From the human T2T-CHM13v2.0 reference genome, Homo sapiens: a stretch of 64,000 nt of DNA. A program made the translations under genes and the position numbers. Shown in pieces: positions 12,501 through 26,700 of this stretch (the first letter of the stretch is position 1; each line of letters opens with the position of its first letter). Below the pieces are notes generated by a model. That model was given only the letters and a program-made list of their open reading frames with translations. It was not told the DNA's origin and did no database searches. Location of the stretch: assembly GCF_009914755.1 (NCBI RefSeq), contig NC_060935.1; one strand, given 5' to 3'.

Positions 12501-14750
12501 ACCCTCTTTTTCTAGAATCTGCATGTGGACATTTGGAGGGCTTTGAGGCCTGTGGTGGAAAAGGAAAATCTTCACATAAAAACTAGATGGAAGCATTCTC
12601 AGAAACTACTTTGTGATGATTGCATTCGACTCACAGAGTTGTACATTCCTATAGATAGAGCAGGTTGTAAACAATCTTTTTGTAGAATCTGCGATTGGAG
12701 ATTTGGACTGCTTTGAGGCCTACTGTAGTAAAGGAAATAACTTCATCTAAAAACCAAACGGAAGCATTCACAGACAATTCTTAGTGATCATTGGTTTGAA
12801 ATAACTGAGCTGAACATTCCTTTAGATGGCGCAGTTTCCAAACACACTTTCTGTAGAATCTGCAAGTGGATATTTGGACCTCTCTGAGGATTTCGTTGGA
12901 AACGGGATAAACTTCCCAGAACTACACGGAAGCATTCTGAGAAACTTCTTTGTGATGTTTGCATTCAACTCACAGAGTTGAACCTTGCTTTCATAGTTCA
13001 GCTTTCAAACACTCTTTTTGTAGAATCTGCAAGTGGATATTAGGACCACTTTGTGGCCTTCCTTCGAAACGGGTATATCTTCACATCAAACCTAGACAGA
13101 AGCATTCTCAGAATGTTTCCTGTGATGACTGCATTCAACTCACAGATGTGAACAATCCTGCTGATGGAGCAGTTTTGAAACTCTCTTTCTTTGGATTCTG
13201 CAAGTGGATATGTGGACCTCTGTGAAGATTTCGTTGGAAACGGGTTCATCTTCACAGAAAAACTAAACAGGAGCATTCTCAGAAACTGCTTTGTGATGTT
13301 TGTGTTCCACTTCAGGAATTGAACTTTCCTCTTGAGAGAGCAGCTCTGAATCCCTCTTTTTCTAGAATCTGCAAGTGGACATTTGGAGGGCTTTGAGGCC
13401 TGTGGTGGAAAAGGAAACTCTTCACATAAAAACTAGATGGAAGCATTCTCAGAAACTACTTTGTGATGATTGCATTCGACTCACAGAGTTGAACATTCCT
13501 ATAGATAGAGCAGGTTGTAAACAATCTTTTTGTAGAATCTGCGATTGGAGATTTGGACTGCTTTGAGGCCTACTGTAGTAAAGGAAATAACTTCATCTAA
13601 AAATCAAACGGAAGCATTCACAGACAATTCTTAGTGATCATTGGATTGAACTAACAGAGCTGAACATTCCTTTAGATGGCGCAGTTTCCAAACACACTTT
13701 CTGTAGAATCTGCAAGTGAATATTTGGACCTCTCTGAGGATTTCGTTGGAAACGGTCTAAACTTCCCAGAACTACACGGAAGTATTCTGAGAAACTTCTT
13801 TGTGATGTTTGCATTCAACTCACAGAGTTGAACCTTGCTTTCATATTTCAGCTTTCAAACACTCTTTTTGTAGAATCTGCAAGTGGATATTTGGATCACT
13901 TTGTGGCCTTCCTTCGAAACGGGTATATCTTCACATCAAACCTAGACAGAAGCATTCTCAGAATGTTTCCTGTGATGACTGCATTCAACTCACAGAGGTG
14001 AACAATCCTGCTGATGGACCAGTTTTGAAACTCTCTTTCTTTGGATTCTGCAAGTGGATATGTGGACCTCTGTGAAGATTTCGTTGGAAACGGGTTCATC
14101 TTCACAGAAAAACTAAACAGGAGCATTCTCAGAAACTGCTTTGTGATGTTTGTGTTCCACTTCAGGAATTGAACTTTCCTCTTGACAGAGCAGCTCTGAA
14201 ACCCTCTTTTTCTAGAATCTGCAAGTGGAGATTTGGAGGGCTTTGAGGCCTGTGGTGGAATAGGAAAATCTTCACATAAAAACTAGATGGAAGCATTCTC
14301 AGAAACTACTTTGTGATGGTTGCATTCGACTCACAGAGTTGAACATTCCTATAGATAGAGCAGGTTGTAAACAATCTTTTTGTAGAATCTGCGATTGGAG
14401 ATTTGGACTGCTTTGAGGCCTTCTGTAGTAAAGGAAATAACTTCATCTAAAAACCAAACGGAAGCATTCACAGACAATTCTTAGTGATCATTGGATTGAA
14501 CTAACAGAGCTGAACATTCCTTTAGATGGCGCAGTTTCCAAACACACTTTCTGTAGAATATGCAAGTGGATATTTGGACCTCTCTGAGGATTTCGTTGGA
14601 AACGGGCTAAACTTCCCAGAACTACACGGAAGCATTCTGAGAAACTTCTTTGTGATGTTTGCATTCAACTCACAGAGTTGAACCTTGCTTTCATAGTTCA
14701 GCTTTCAAACACTCTTTTTGTAGAATCTGCAAGTGGATATTTGGACCACT
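6571..14750 (+). repeat. Tandem duplication of 5 HORs (offset 4250 bp)
   Basis: Ordered rare variants repeat at +4250: gcatgtgg (6571/10821), caggttgtca, ccgatggacc (7211/11461), tggaagtgga, cacagatgtg (8891/13141), ttggatcact (9641/13891), ctgtagaata (10301/14551). Boundaries are approximate. Confidence 0.85.
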
Positions 14751-17700
14751 TTGTGGCCTTCCTTCGAAACGGGTATATCTTCACATCAAACCTAGACAGA
14801 AGCATTCTCAGAATGTTTTCTGTGATGACTGCATTCAACTCACAGAGGTGAACAATCCTGTTGATGGAGCAGTTTTGAAACTCTCTTTCTTTGGATTCTG
14901 CAAGTGGATATGTGGACCTCTGTGAAGATTTCGTTGGAAACAGGTTCATCTTCACAGAAAAACTAAACAGGAGCATTCTCAGAAACTGCTTTGTGATATT
15001 TGTGTTCCACTTCAAGAATTGAACTTTCCTCTTGACAGAGCAGCTCTGAAACCCTCTTTTTCTAGAATCTGCAAGTGGACATTTGGAGGGCTTTGAGGCC
15101 TGTGGTGGAAAAGGAAAATCTTCACATAAAAACTAGATGGAAGCATTCTCAGAAACTACTTTGTGATGATTGCATTCGACTCACAGAGTTGAACATTCCT
15201 ATAGATAGAGCAGGTTGAAAACAATCTTTTTGTAGAATCTGCGATTGGAGATTTGGACTGCTTTGAGGCCTACTGTAGTAAAGGAAATAACTTCATCTAA
15301 AAACCAAACGGAAGCATTCACAGACAATTCTTAGTGATCATTGGATTGAACTAACAGAGCTGAACATTCCTTTAGATGGAGCAGATTCCAAACACACTTT
15401 CTGTAGAATCTGCAACTGGATATTTGGACCTCTCTGAGGATTTCGTTGGAAACGGGCTAAACTTCCCAGAACTACACGGAAGCATTCTGAGAAACTTCTT
15501 TGTGATGTTTGCATTCAACTCACAGAGTTGAAACTTGTTTTCATAGTTCAGCTTTCAAACACTCTTTTTGTAGAATCTGCAAGTGGATATTTGGACCACT
15601 TTGTGGCCTTCCTTCGAAACGGGTATATCTTCACATCAAACCTAGACAGAAGCATTCTCAGAATGTTTCCTGTGATGACTGCATTCAACTCACAGAGGTG
15701 AACAATCCTGCTGATGGAGCAGTTTTGAAACTCTCTTTCTTTGGATTCTGCAAGTGGATATGTGGACCTCTGTGAAGATTTCGTTGGAAACGGGTTTATC
15801 TTCACCGAAAAACTAAACAGAAGCATTCTCAGAAACTGCTTTGTGATGTTTGTGTTCCACTTCAAGAATTGAACTTTCCTCTTGACAGAGCAGCTCTGAA
15901 ACCCTCTTTTTCTAGAATCTGCAAGTGGACATTTGGAGGGCTTTGAGGCCTGTGGTGGAAAAGGAAACTCTTCACATAAAAACTAGATGGAAGCATTCTC
16001 AGAAACTACTTTGCGATGATTGCATTCGACTCACAGAGTTGAACATTCCTATAGATAGAGCAGGTTGTAAACAATCTTTTTGTAGAATCTGCGATTGGAG
16101 ATTTGGACTGCTTTGAGGCCTACTGTCGTAAAGGAAATAACTTCATCTAAAAACCAAACGGAAGCATTCACAGACAATTCTTAGTGATCATTGGATTGAA
16201 CTAACAGAGCTGAACATTCCTTTAGATGGAGCAGTTTCCAAACACACTTTCTGTAGAATCTGCAAGTGGATATTTGGACCTCTCTGACGATTTCGTTGGA
16301 AAAGGGATAAACTTCCCAGAACTACACGGAAGCATTCTGAGAAACTTCTTTGTGATGTTTGCATTCAACTCACAGAGTTGAACCTTGCTTTCATAGTTCA
16401 GCTTTCAAACACACTTTTTGTAGAATCTGCAAGTGGATATTTGGACCACTTTTTGGGCTTCCTTCGAAACGGGTATATCTTCACATCAAACCTAGACCGA
16501 AGCATTCTCAGAATGTTTCCTGCGATGACTGCATTCAACACACAGAGGTTAACAATCCTGCTGATGGAGCAGTTTTGAAACTCTCTTTCTTTGGATTCTG
16601 CAAGTGGATATGTGGACCTCTGTGAAGATTTCGTTGGAAACGGGTTCATCTTCACAGAAAAACTAAACAGGAGCATTCTCAGAAACTGCTTTGTGATGTT
16701 TGTTTACCACTTCAAGAATTGAACTTTCCTTTTGACAGAGCAGCTCTGAAACCCTCTTTTTCTAGAATCTGCAAGTGGACATTTGGAGGCCTTTCAGGCC
16801 TGTGGTGGAAAAGGAAAATCTTCACATAAAAACTAGATGGAAGCATTCTCAGAAACTACTTTGCGATGATTGCATTCGACTCACAGAGTTGAACATTCCT
16901 ATAGATAGAGCAGGTTGTAAACAATCTTTTTGTAGAATCTGCGATTGGAGATTTGGACTGCTTTGAGGCCTACTGTAGTAAAGGAAATAACTTCATCTAA
17001 AAACCAAACGGAAGCATTCACAGACAATTCTTAGTGATCATTGGATTGAACTAACAGAGCTGAACATTCCTTTAGATGGAGCAGTTTCCAAACACACTTT
17101 CTGTAGAATCTGCAAGTGGATATTTGGACCTCTCTGAGGATTTCGTTGGAAAAGGGATAAACTTCCCAGAACTACACGGAAGCATTCTGAGAAAATTCTT
17201 TGTGATGTTTGCATTCAACTCACAGAGTTGAAACTTGCTTTCATAGTTCAGCTTTCAAACACTCTTTTTGTAGGATCTGCAAGTGGATATTTGGACCACT
17301 TTGTGGCCTTCCTTCGAAACGGGTATATCTTCACATCAAACCTAGACAGAAGCATTCTCAGAATGTTTCCTGTGATGACTGCATTCAACTCACAGAGGTG
17401 AACAATCCTGCTGATGGACCAGTTTTGAAACTCTCTTTCTTTGGATTCTGCAAGTGGATATGTGGACCTCTGTGAAGATTTCGTTGGAAACGGGTTCATC
17501 TTCACAGAAAAACTGAACAGGAGCATTCTCAGAAACTGCTTTGTGATGTTTGTGTTCCACTTCAGGAATTGAACTTTCCTCTTGACAGAGCAGCTCTGAA
17601 ACCCTCTTTTTCTAGAATCTGCAAGTGGAGATTTGGAGGGCTTTGAGGCCTGTGGTGGAATAGGAAAATCTTCACATAAAAACTAGATGGAAGCATTCTC

Positions 17701-20700
17701 AGAAACTACTTTGTGATGATTGCATTCGACTCACAGAGTTGAACATTCCTATAGATAGAGCAGGTTGTAATCAATCTTTTTGTAGAATCTGCGATTGGAG
17801 ATTTGGACTGCTTTGAGGCCTTCTGTAGTAAAGGAAATAACTTCATCTAAAAACCAAACGGAAGCATTCACAGACAATTCTTAGTGATCATTGGATTGAA
17901 CTAACAGAGCTGAACATTCCTTTAGATGGCGCAGTTTCCAAACACACTTTCTGTAGAATATGCAAGTGGATATTTGGACCTCTCTGAGGATTTCGTTGGA
18001 AACGGGCTAAACTTCCCAGAACTACACGGAAGCATTCTGAGAAACTTCTTTGTGATGTTTGCATTCAACTCACAGAGTTGAACCTTGCTTTCATAGTTCA
18101 GCTTTCAAACACTCTTTTTGTAGAATCTGCAAGTGGATATTTGGACCACTTTGTGGCCTTCCTTCGAAACGGGTATATCTTCACATCAAACCTAGACCGA
18201 AGCATTCTCAGAATGTTTCCTCTGATGACTGCATTCAACTCACAGAGGTTAACAATCCTGCTGATGGAGCAGTTTTGAAAATCTCTTCCTTTGGATTCTG
18301 CAAGTGGATATGTGGACCTCTGTGAAGATTTCGTTGGAAACGGGTTCATCTTCACAGAAAAACTAAACAGGAGCATTCTCAGAAACTGCTTTGTGATGTT
18401 TGTGTTCCACTTCAGGAATTGAACTTTCCTCTTGACAGAGCAGCTCTGAAACCCTCTTTTTCTAGAATCTGCATGTGGACATTTGGAGGGCTTTGAGGCC
18501 TGTGGTGGAAAAGGAAAATATTCACATAAAAACTAGATGGAAGCATTCTCAGAAACTACTTTGTGATGATTGCATTCGACTCACAGAGTTGTACATTCCT
18601 ATAGATAGAGCAGGTTGTAAACAATCTTTTTGTAGAATCTGCGATTGGAGATTTGGACTGCTTTGAGGCCTACTGTAGTAAAGGAAATAACTTCATCTAA
18701 AAACCAAACGGAAGCATTCACAGACAATTCTTAGTGATCATTGGATTGAAATAACTGAGCTGAACATTCCTTTAGATGGCGCAGTTTCCAAACACACTTT
18801 CTGTAGAATCTGCAAGTGGATATTTGGACCTCTCTGAGGATTTCGTTGGAAACGGTCTAAACTTCCCAGAACTACACGGAAGTATTCTGAGAAACTTCTT
18901 TGTGATGTTTGCATTCAACTCACAGAGTTGAACCTTGCATTCATATTTCAGCTTTCAAACACTCTTTTTGTAGAATCTGCAAGTGGATATTTGGACCACT
19001 TTGTGGCCTTCCTTCGAAACGGGTATATCTTCACATCAAACCTAGACAGAAGCATTCTCAGAATGTTTCCTGTGATGACTGCATTCAACTCACAGAGGTG
19101 AACAATCCTGCTGATGGAGCAGTTTTGAAACTCTCTTTCTTTGGATTCTGCAAGTGGATATGTGGACCTCTTTGAAGATTTCGTTGGAAACGGGTTTATC
19201 TTCACAGAAAAACTAAACAGAAGCATTCTCAGAAACTGCTTTGTGATGTTTGTGTTCCACTTCAAGAATTGAACTTTCCTCTTGACAGAGCAGCTCTGAA
19301 ACCCTCTTTTTCTAGAATCTGCAAGTGGACATTTGGAGGGCTTTTAGGCCTGTGGTGGAAAAGGAAAATCTTCACATAAAAACTAGATGGAAGCATTCTC
19401 AGAAACTACTTTGTGATGATTGCATTCGACTCACAGAGTTGAACATTCCTATAGATAGAGCAGGTTGTAAACAATCTTTTTGTAGAATCTGCGATTGGAG
19501 ATTTGGACTGCTTTGAGGCCTACTGTAGTAAAGGAAATAACTTCATCTAAAAACCAAACGGAAGCATTCACAGAAAATTCTTAGTGATCATTGGATTGAA
19601 CTAACAGAGCTGAACATTCCTTTAGATGGAGCAGTTTCCAAACACACTTTCTGTAGAATCTGCAAGTGGATATTTGGACCTCTCTGAGGATTTCGTTGGA
19701 AAAGGGATAAACTTCCCAGAACTACACGGAAGCATTCTGAGAAAATTCTTTGTGATGTTTGCATTCAACTCACAGAGTTGAACCTTGCTTTCATAGTTCA
19801 GCTTTCAAACACTCTTTTTGTAGGATCTGCAAGTGGATATTTGGACCACTTTGTGGCCTTCCTTCGAAACGGGTATATCTAAACATCAAACCTAGACAGA
19901 AGCATTCTCAGAATGTTTCCTGTGATGACTGCATTAAACTCACAGAGGTGAACAATCCTGCTGATGGACCAGTTTTGAAACTCTCTTTCTTTGGATTCTG
20001 CAAGTGGATATGTGGACCTCTGTGAAGATTTCGTTGGAAACGGGTTCATCTTCACAGAAAAACTAAACAGGAGCATTCTCAGAAACTGCTTTGTGATGTT
20101 TGTGTTCCACTTCAGGAATTGAACTTTCCTCTTGACAGAGCAGCTCTGAAACCCTCTTTTTCTAGAATCTGCAAGTGGACATTTGGAGGGCTTTGAGGCC
20201 TGTGGTGGAAAAGGAAAATCTTCACATAAAAACTAGATGGAAGCATTCTCAGAAACTACTTTGTGATGGTTGCATTCGACTCACAGAGTTGAACATTCCT
20301 ATAGATAGAGCAGGTTGAAAGCAATCTTTTTGTGGAATCTGCGATTGGAGATTTGGACTGCTTTGAGGCCTACTGTAGTAAAGGAAATAACTTCATCTAA
20401 AAACCAAACGGAAGCATTCACAGACAATTCTTAGTGATCATTGGATTGAACTAACAGAGCTGAACATTCCCTTAGATGGAGCAGTTTCCAAACACACTTT
20501 CTGTAGAATCTGGAAGTGGATATTTGGACCTCTCTGAGGATTTCGTTGGAAACGGGCTAATCTTCCCAGAACTACACGGAAGCATTCTGAGAAACTTCTT
20601 TGTGATGTTTGCATTCAACTCACAGAGTTGAACCTTGCTTTCATAGTTCAGCTTTCAAACACTCTTTTTGTAGAATCTGCAAGTGGATATTTGGACCACT

Positions 20701-23700
20701 TTGTGGCCTTCCTTCGAAACGGGTATATCTTCACATCAAACCTAGACAGAAGCATTCTCAAAATGTTTCCTGTGATGACTGCATTCAACTCACAGAGGTG
20801 AACAATCCTGCTGATGGAGCAGTTTTGAAACTCTCTTTCTTTGGATTCTGCAAGTGGATATGTGGACCTCTGTGAAGATTTCGTTGGAAACAGGTTCATC
20901 TTCACAGAAAAACTAAACAGGAGCATTCTCAGAAACTGCTTTGTGATGTTTGTGTTCCACTTCAGGAATTGAACTTTCCTCTTGACAGAGCTGCTCTGAA
21001 ACCCTCTTTTTCTAGAATCTGCATGTGGACATTTGGAGGGCTTTGAGGCCTGTGGTGGAAAAGGAAAATCTTCACATGAAAACTAGATGGAAGCATTCTC
21101 AGAAACTACTTTGTGATGATTGCATTCGACTCACAGAGTTGTACATTCCTATAGATAGAGCAGGTTGTAAACAATCTTTTTGTAGAATCTGCGATTGGAG
21201 ATTTGGACTGCTTTGAGGACTACTGTAGTAAAGGAAATAACTTCATCTAAAAACCAAACGGAAGCATTCACAGACAATTCTTAGTGATCATTGGTTTGAA
21301 ATAACTGAGCTGAACATTCCTTTAGATGGCGCAGTTTCCAAACACACTTTCTGTAGAATCTGCAAGTGGATATTTGGACCTCTCTGAGGATTTCGTTGGA
21401 AACGAGATAAACTTCTCAGAACTACACGGAAGCATTCTGAGAAACTTCTTTGTGATGTTTGCATTCAACTCACAGAGTTGAACCTAGCTTTCATAGTTCA
21501 GCTTTGAAACACTCTTTTTGTAGAATCTGCAAGTGGATATTTGGACCACTTTGTGGCCTTCCTTCGAAACGGGTATATCTTCACATCAAACCTAGACAGA
21601 AGCATTCTCAGAATGTTTCCTGTGATGACTGCATTCAACTCACAGAGGTGAAAAATCCTGCTGATGGAGCAGTTTTGAAACTCTCTTTCTTTGGATTCTG
21701 CAAGTGGATATGTGGACCTCTGTGAAGATTTCGTTGGAAACGGGTTCATCTTCACAGAAAAACTAAACAGGAGCATTCTCAGAAACTGCTTTGTGATGTT
21801 TGTGTTCCACTTCAGGAATTGAACTTTGCTCTTGAGAGAGCAGCTCTGAATCCCTCTTTTTCTAGAATCTGCAAGTGGACATTTGGAGGGCTTTGAGGCC
21901 TGTGGTGGAAAAGGAAACTCTTCACATAAAAACTAGATGGAAGCATTCTCAGAAACTACTTTGTGATGATTGCATTCGACTCACAGAGTTGAACATTCCT
22001 ATAGATAGAGCAGGTTGTAAACAATCTTTTTGTAGAATCTGCGATTGGAGATTTGGACTGCTTTGAGGCCTACTGTAGTAAAGGAAATAACTTCATCTAA
22101 AAACCAAACGGAAGCATTCACAGACAATTCTTAGTGATCATTGGATTGAACTAACAGAGCTGAACATTCCTTTAGATGGAGCAGTTTCCAAACACACTTT
22201 CTGTAGAATCTGCAAGTGGATATTTGGACCTCTCTGAGGATTTCGTTGGAAAAGGGATAAACTTCCCAGAACTACACGGAAGCATTCTGAGAAAATTCTT
22301 TGTGATGTTTGCATTCAACTCACAGAGTTGAACCCTGCTTTCATAGTTCAGCTTTCAAACACTCTTTTTGTAGGATCTGCAAGTGGATATTTGGACCACT
22401 TTGTGGCCTTCCTTCCAAACGGGTATATCTAAACATCAAACCTAGACAGAAGCATTCTCAGAATGTTTCCTGTGATGACTGCATTCAACTCACAGAGGTG
22501 AACAATCCTGCTGATGGACCAGTTTTGAAACTCTCTTTCTTTGGATTCTGCAAGTGGATATGTGGACCTCTGTGAAGATTTCGTTGGAAACGGGTTCATC
22601 TTCACAGAAAAACTAAACAGGAGCATTCTCAGAAACTGCTTTGTGATGTTTGTGTTCCACTTCAGGAATTGAACTTTCCTCTTGACAGAGCAGCTCTGAA
22701 ACCCTCTTTTTCTAGAATCTGCAAGTGGACATTTGGAGGGCTTTGAGGCCTGTGGTGGAAAAGGAAAATCTTCACATAAAAACTAGATGGAAGCATTCTC
22801 AGAAACTACTTTGTGATGGTTGCATTCGACTCACAGAGTTGAACATTCCTATAGATAGAGCAGGTTGTAAACAATCTTTTTGTAGAATCTGCGATTGGAG
22901 ATTTGGACTGCTTTGAGGCCTACTGTAGTAAAGGAAATAACTTCATCTAAAAACCAAACGGAAGCATTAACAGACAATTCTTAGTGATCATTGGATTGAA
23001 CTAACAGAGCTGAACATTCCTTTAGATGGAGCAGTTTCCAAACACACTTTCTGTAGAATCTGGAAGTGGATATTTGGACCTCTCTGAGGATTTCGTTGGA
23101 AACGGGCTAATCTTCCCAGAACTACACGGAAGCATTCTGAGAAACTTCTTTGTGATGTTTGCATTCAACTCACAGAGTTGAACCTTGCTTTCATAGTTCA
23201 GCTTTCAAACACTCTTTTGTAGAATCTGCAAGTGGATATTTGGACCACTTTGTGGCCTTCCTTCGAAACGGGTATATCTTCACATCAAACCTAGACAGAA
23301 GCATTCTCAGAATGTTTCCTGTGATGACTGCATTCAACTCACAGAGGTGAACAATCCTGCTGATGGAGCAGTTTTGAAACTCTCTTTCTTTGGATTCTGC
23401 AAGTGGATATGTGGACCTCTGTGAAGATTTCGTTGGAAACAGGTTCATCTTCACAGAAAAACTAAACAGGAGCATTCTCAGAAACTGCTTTGTGATGTTT
23501 GTGTTCCACTTCAGGAATTGAACTTTCCTCTTGGCAGAGCAGCTCTGAAACCCTCTTTTTCTAGAATCTGCATGTGGACATTTGGAGGGCTTTGAGGCCT
23601 GTGGTGGAAAAGGAAAATCTTCACATAAAAACTAGATGGAAGCATTCTCAGAAACTACTTTGTGATGATTGCATTCGACTCACAGAGTTGTACATTCCTA

Positions 23701-26700
23701 TAGATAGAGCAGGTTGTAAACAATCTTTTTGTAGAATCTGCGATTGGAGATTTGGACTGCTTTGAGGCCTACTGTAGTAAAGGAAATAACTTCATCTAAA
23801 AACCAAACGGAAGCATTCACAGACAATTCTTAGTGATCATTGGTTTGAAATAACTGAGCTGAACATTCCTTTAGATGGCGCAGTTTCCAAACACACTTTC
23901 TGTAGAATCTGCAAGTGGATATTTGGACCTCTCTGAGGATTTCGTTGGAAACGGGATAAACTTCCCAGAACTACACGGAAGCATTCTGAGAATCTTCTTT
24001 GTGATGTTTGCATTCAACTCACAGAGTTGAATCTTGCTTTCATAGTTCAGCTTTGAAACACTCTTTTTGAAGAATCTGCAAGTGGATATTAGGACCACTT
24101 TGTGGCCTTCCTTCGAAACGGGTATATCTTCACATCAATCCTAGACAGAAGCATTCTCAGAATGTTTCCTGTGATGACTGCATTCAACTCACAGAGGTGA
24201 ACAATCCTGCTGATGGAGCAGTTTTGAAACTCTCTTTCTTTGGATTCTGCAAGTGGATATGTGGACCTCTGTGAAGATTTCGTTGGAAACGGGTTCATCT
24301 TCACAGAAAAACTAAACAGGAGCATTCTCAGAAACTGCTTTGTGATGTTTGTGTTCCACTTCAGGAATTGAACTTTCCTCTTGAGAGAGCAGCTCTGAAT
24401 CCCTCTTTTTCTAGAATCTGCAAGTGGACATTTGGAGGGCTTTGAGGCCTGTGGTGGAAAAGGAAACTCTTCACATAAAAACTAGATGGAAGCATTCTCA
24501 GAAACTACTTTGTGATGATTGCATTCGACTCACAGAGGTGAACATTCCTATAGATAGAGCAGGTTGTAAACAATCTTTTTGTAGAATCTGCGATTGGAGA
24601 TTTGGACTGCTTTGAGGCCTACTGTAGTCAAGGAAATAACTTCATCTAAAAATCAAACGGAAGCATTCACAGACAATTCTTAGTGATCATTGGATTGAAC
24701 TAACAGAGCTGAACATTCCTTTACATGGCGCAGTTTCCAAACACACTTTCTGTAGAATCTGCAAGTGGATATTTGGACCTCTCTGAGGATTTCGTTGGAA
24801 ACGGTCTAAACTTCCCAGAACTACACGGAAGTATTCTGAGAAACTTCTTTGTGATGTTTGCATTCAACTCACAGGGTTGAACCTTGCTTTCATATTTCAG
24901 CTTTCAAACACTCTTTTTGTAGAATCTGCAAGTGGATATTTGGACCACTTTGTGGCCTTCCTTCGAAACGGGTATATCTTCACATCAAACCTAGACAGAA
25001 GCATTCTCAGAATGTTTCCTGTGATGACTGCATTCAACTCACAGAGGTGAACAATCCCGCTGATGGAGCAGTTTTGAAACTCTCTTTCTTTGGATTCTGC
25101 AAGTGGATATGTGGACCTCTGTGAAGATTTCGTTGGAAACGGGTTTATCTTCACAGAAAAACTAAACAGAAGCATTCTCAGAAACTGCTTTGTGATGTTT
25201 GTGTTCCACTTCAAGAATTGAACTTTCCTCTTGACAGAGCAGCTCTGAAACCCTCTTTTTCTAGAATCTGCAAGTGGACATTTGGAGGGCATTTAGGCCT
25301 GTGGTGGAAAAGGAAAATCTTCACATAAAAACTAGATGGAAGCATTCTCAGAAACTACTTTGCGATGATTGCATTCGACTCACAGAGTTGAACATTCCTA
25401 TAGATAGAGCAGGTTGTAAACAATCTTTTTGTAGAATCTGCGATTGGAGATTTGGACTGCTTTGAGGCCTACTGTAGTAAAGGAAATAACTTCATCTAAA
25501 AACCAAACGGAAGCATTCACAGAAAATTCTTAGTGATCATTGGATTGAACTAACAGAGCTGAACATTCCTTTAGATGGAGCAGTTTCCAAACACACTTTC
25601 TGTAGAATCTGCAAGTGGATATTTGGACCTCTCTGAGGATTTCGTTGGAAAAGGGATAAACTTCCCAGAACTACACGGAAGCATTCTGAGAAAATTCTTT
25701 GTGATGTTTGCATTCAACTCACAGAGTTGAACCTTGCTTTTATAGTTCAGCTTTCAAACACTCTTTTTGTAGGATCTGCAAGTGGATATTTCGACCACAT
25801 TGTGGCCTTCCTTCGAAACGGGTATATCTTCACATCAAACCTAGACAGAAGCATTCTCAGAATGTTTCCTGTGATGACTGCATTCAACTCACAGAGGTGA
25901 ACAATCCTGCTGATGGAGCAGTTTTGAAACTCTCTTTCTTTGGATTCTGCAAGTGGATATGTGGACCTCTGTGAAGATTTCCTTGGAAACGGGTTCATCT
26001 TCACAGAAAAACTAAGCAGGAGCATTCTCAGAAACTGCTTTGTGATGTTTGTGTTCCACTTCAGGAATTGAACTTTCCTCTTGAAAGAGCAGCTCTGAAA
26101 CCCTCTTTTTCTAGAATCTGCAAGTGGACATTTGGAGGGCTTTGAGGCCTGTGGTGGAAAAGGAAACTCTTCACATAAAAACTAGATGGAAGCATTCTCA
26201 GAAACTACTTTGTGATGATTGCATTCGACTCACAGAGTTGAACATTCCTATAGATAGAGCAGGTTGTAAACAATCTTTTTGTAGAATCTGCGATTGGAGA
26301 TTTGGACTGCTTTGAGGCCTACTGTAGTCAAGGAAATAACTTCATCTAAAAACCAAACGGAAGCATTCACAGACAATTCTTAGTGATCATTGGATTGAAC
26401 TAACAGAGCTGAACATTCCTTTAGATGGAGCAGTTTCCAAACACACTTTCTGTAGAATCTGCAAGTGGATATTTGGACCTCTCTGAGGATTTCGTTGGAA
26501 ACGGGCTAAACTTCCCAGAACTACACGGAAGCATTCTGAGAAACTTCTTTGTGATGTTTGCATTCAACTCACAGAGTTGAACCTTGCTTTCATAGTTCAG
26601 CTTTCAAACACTCTTTTTGTAGAATCTGCAAGTGGATATTTGGACCACTTTGTGGCCTTCCTTCGAAACGGGTATATCTTCACATCAAACCTAGACCGAA

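Noticed and set aside
24897-25292. 131-aa minus-strand ORF
   Set aside because: It is extended only by a private variant (gggcattt near 25291) that creates an upstream ATG on the minus strand; still satellite sequence.
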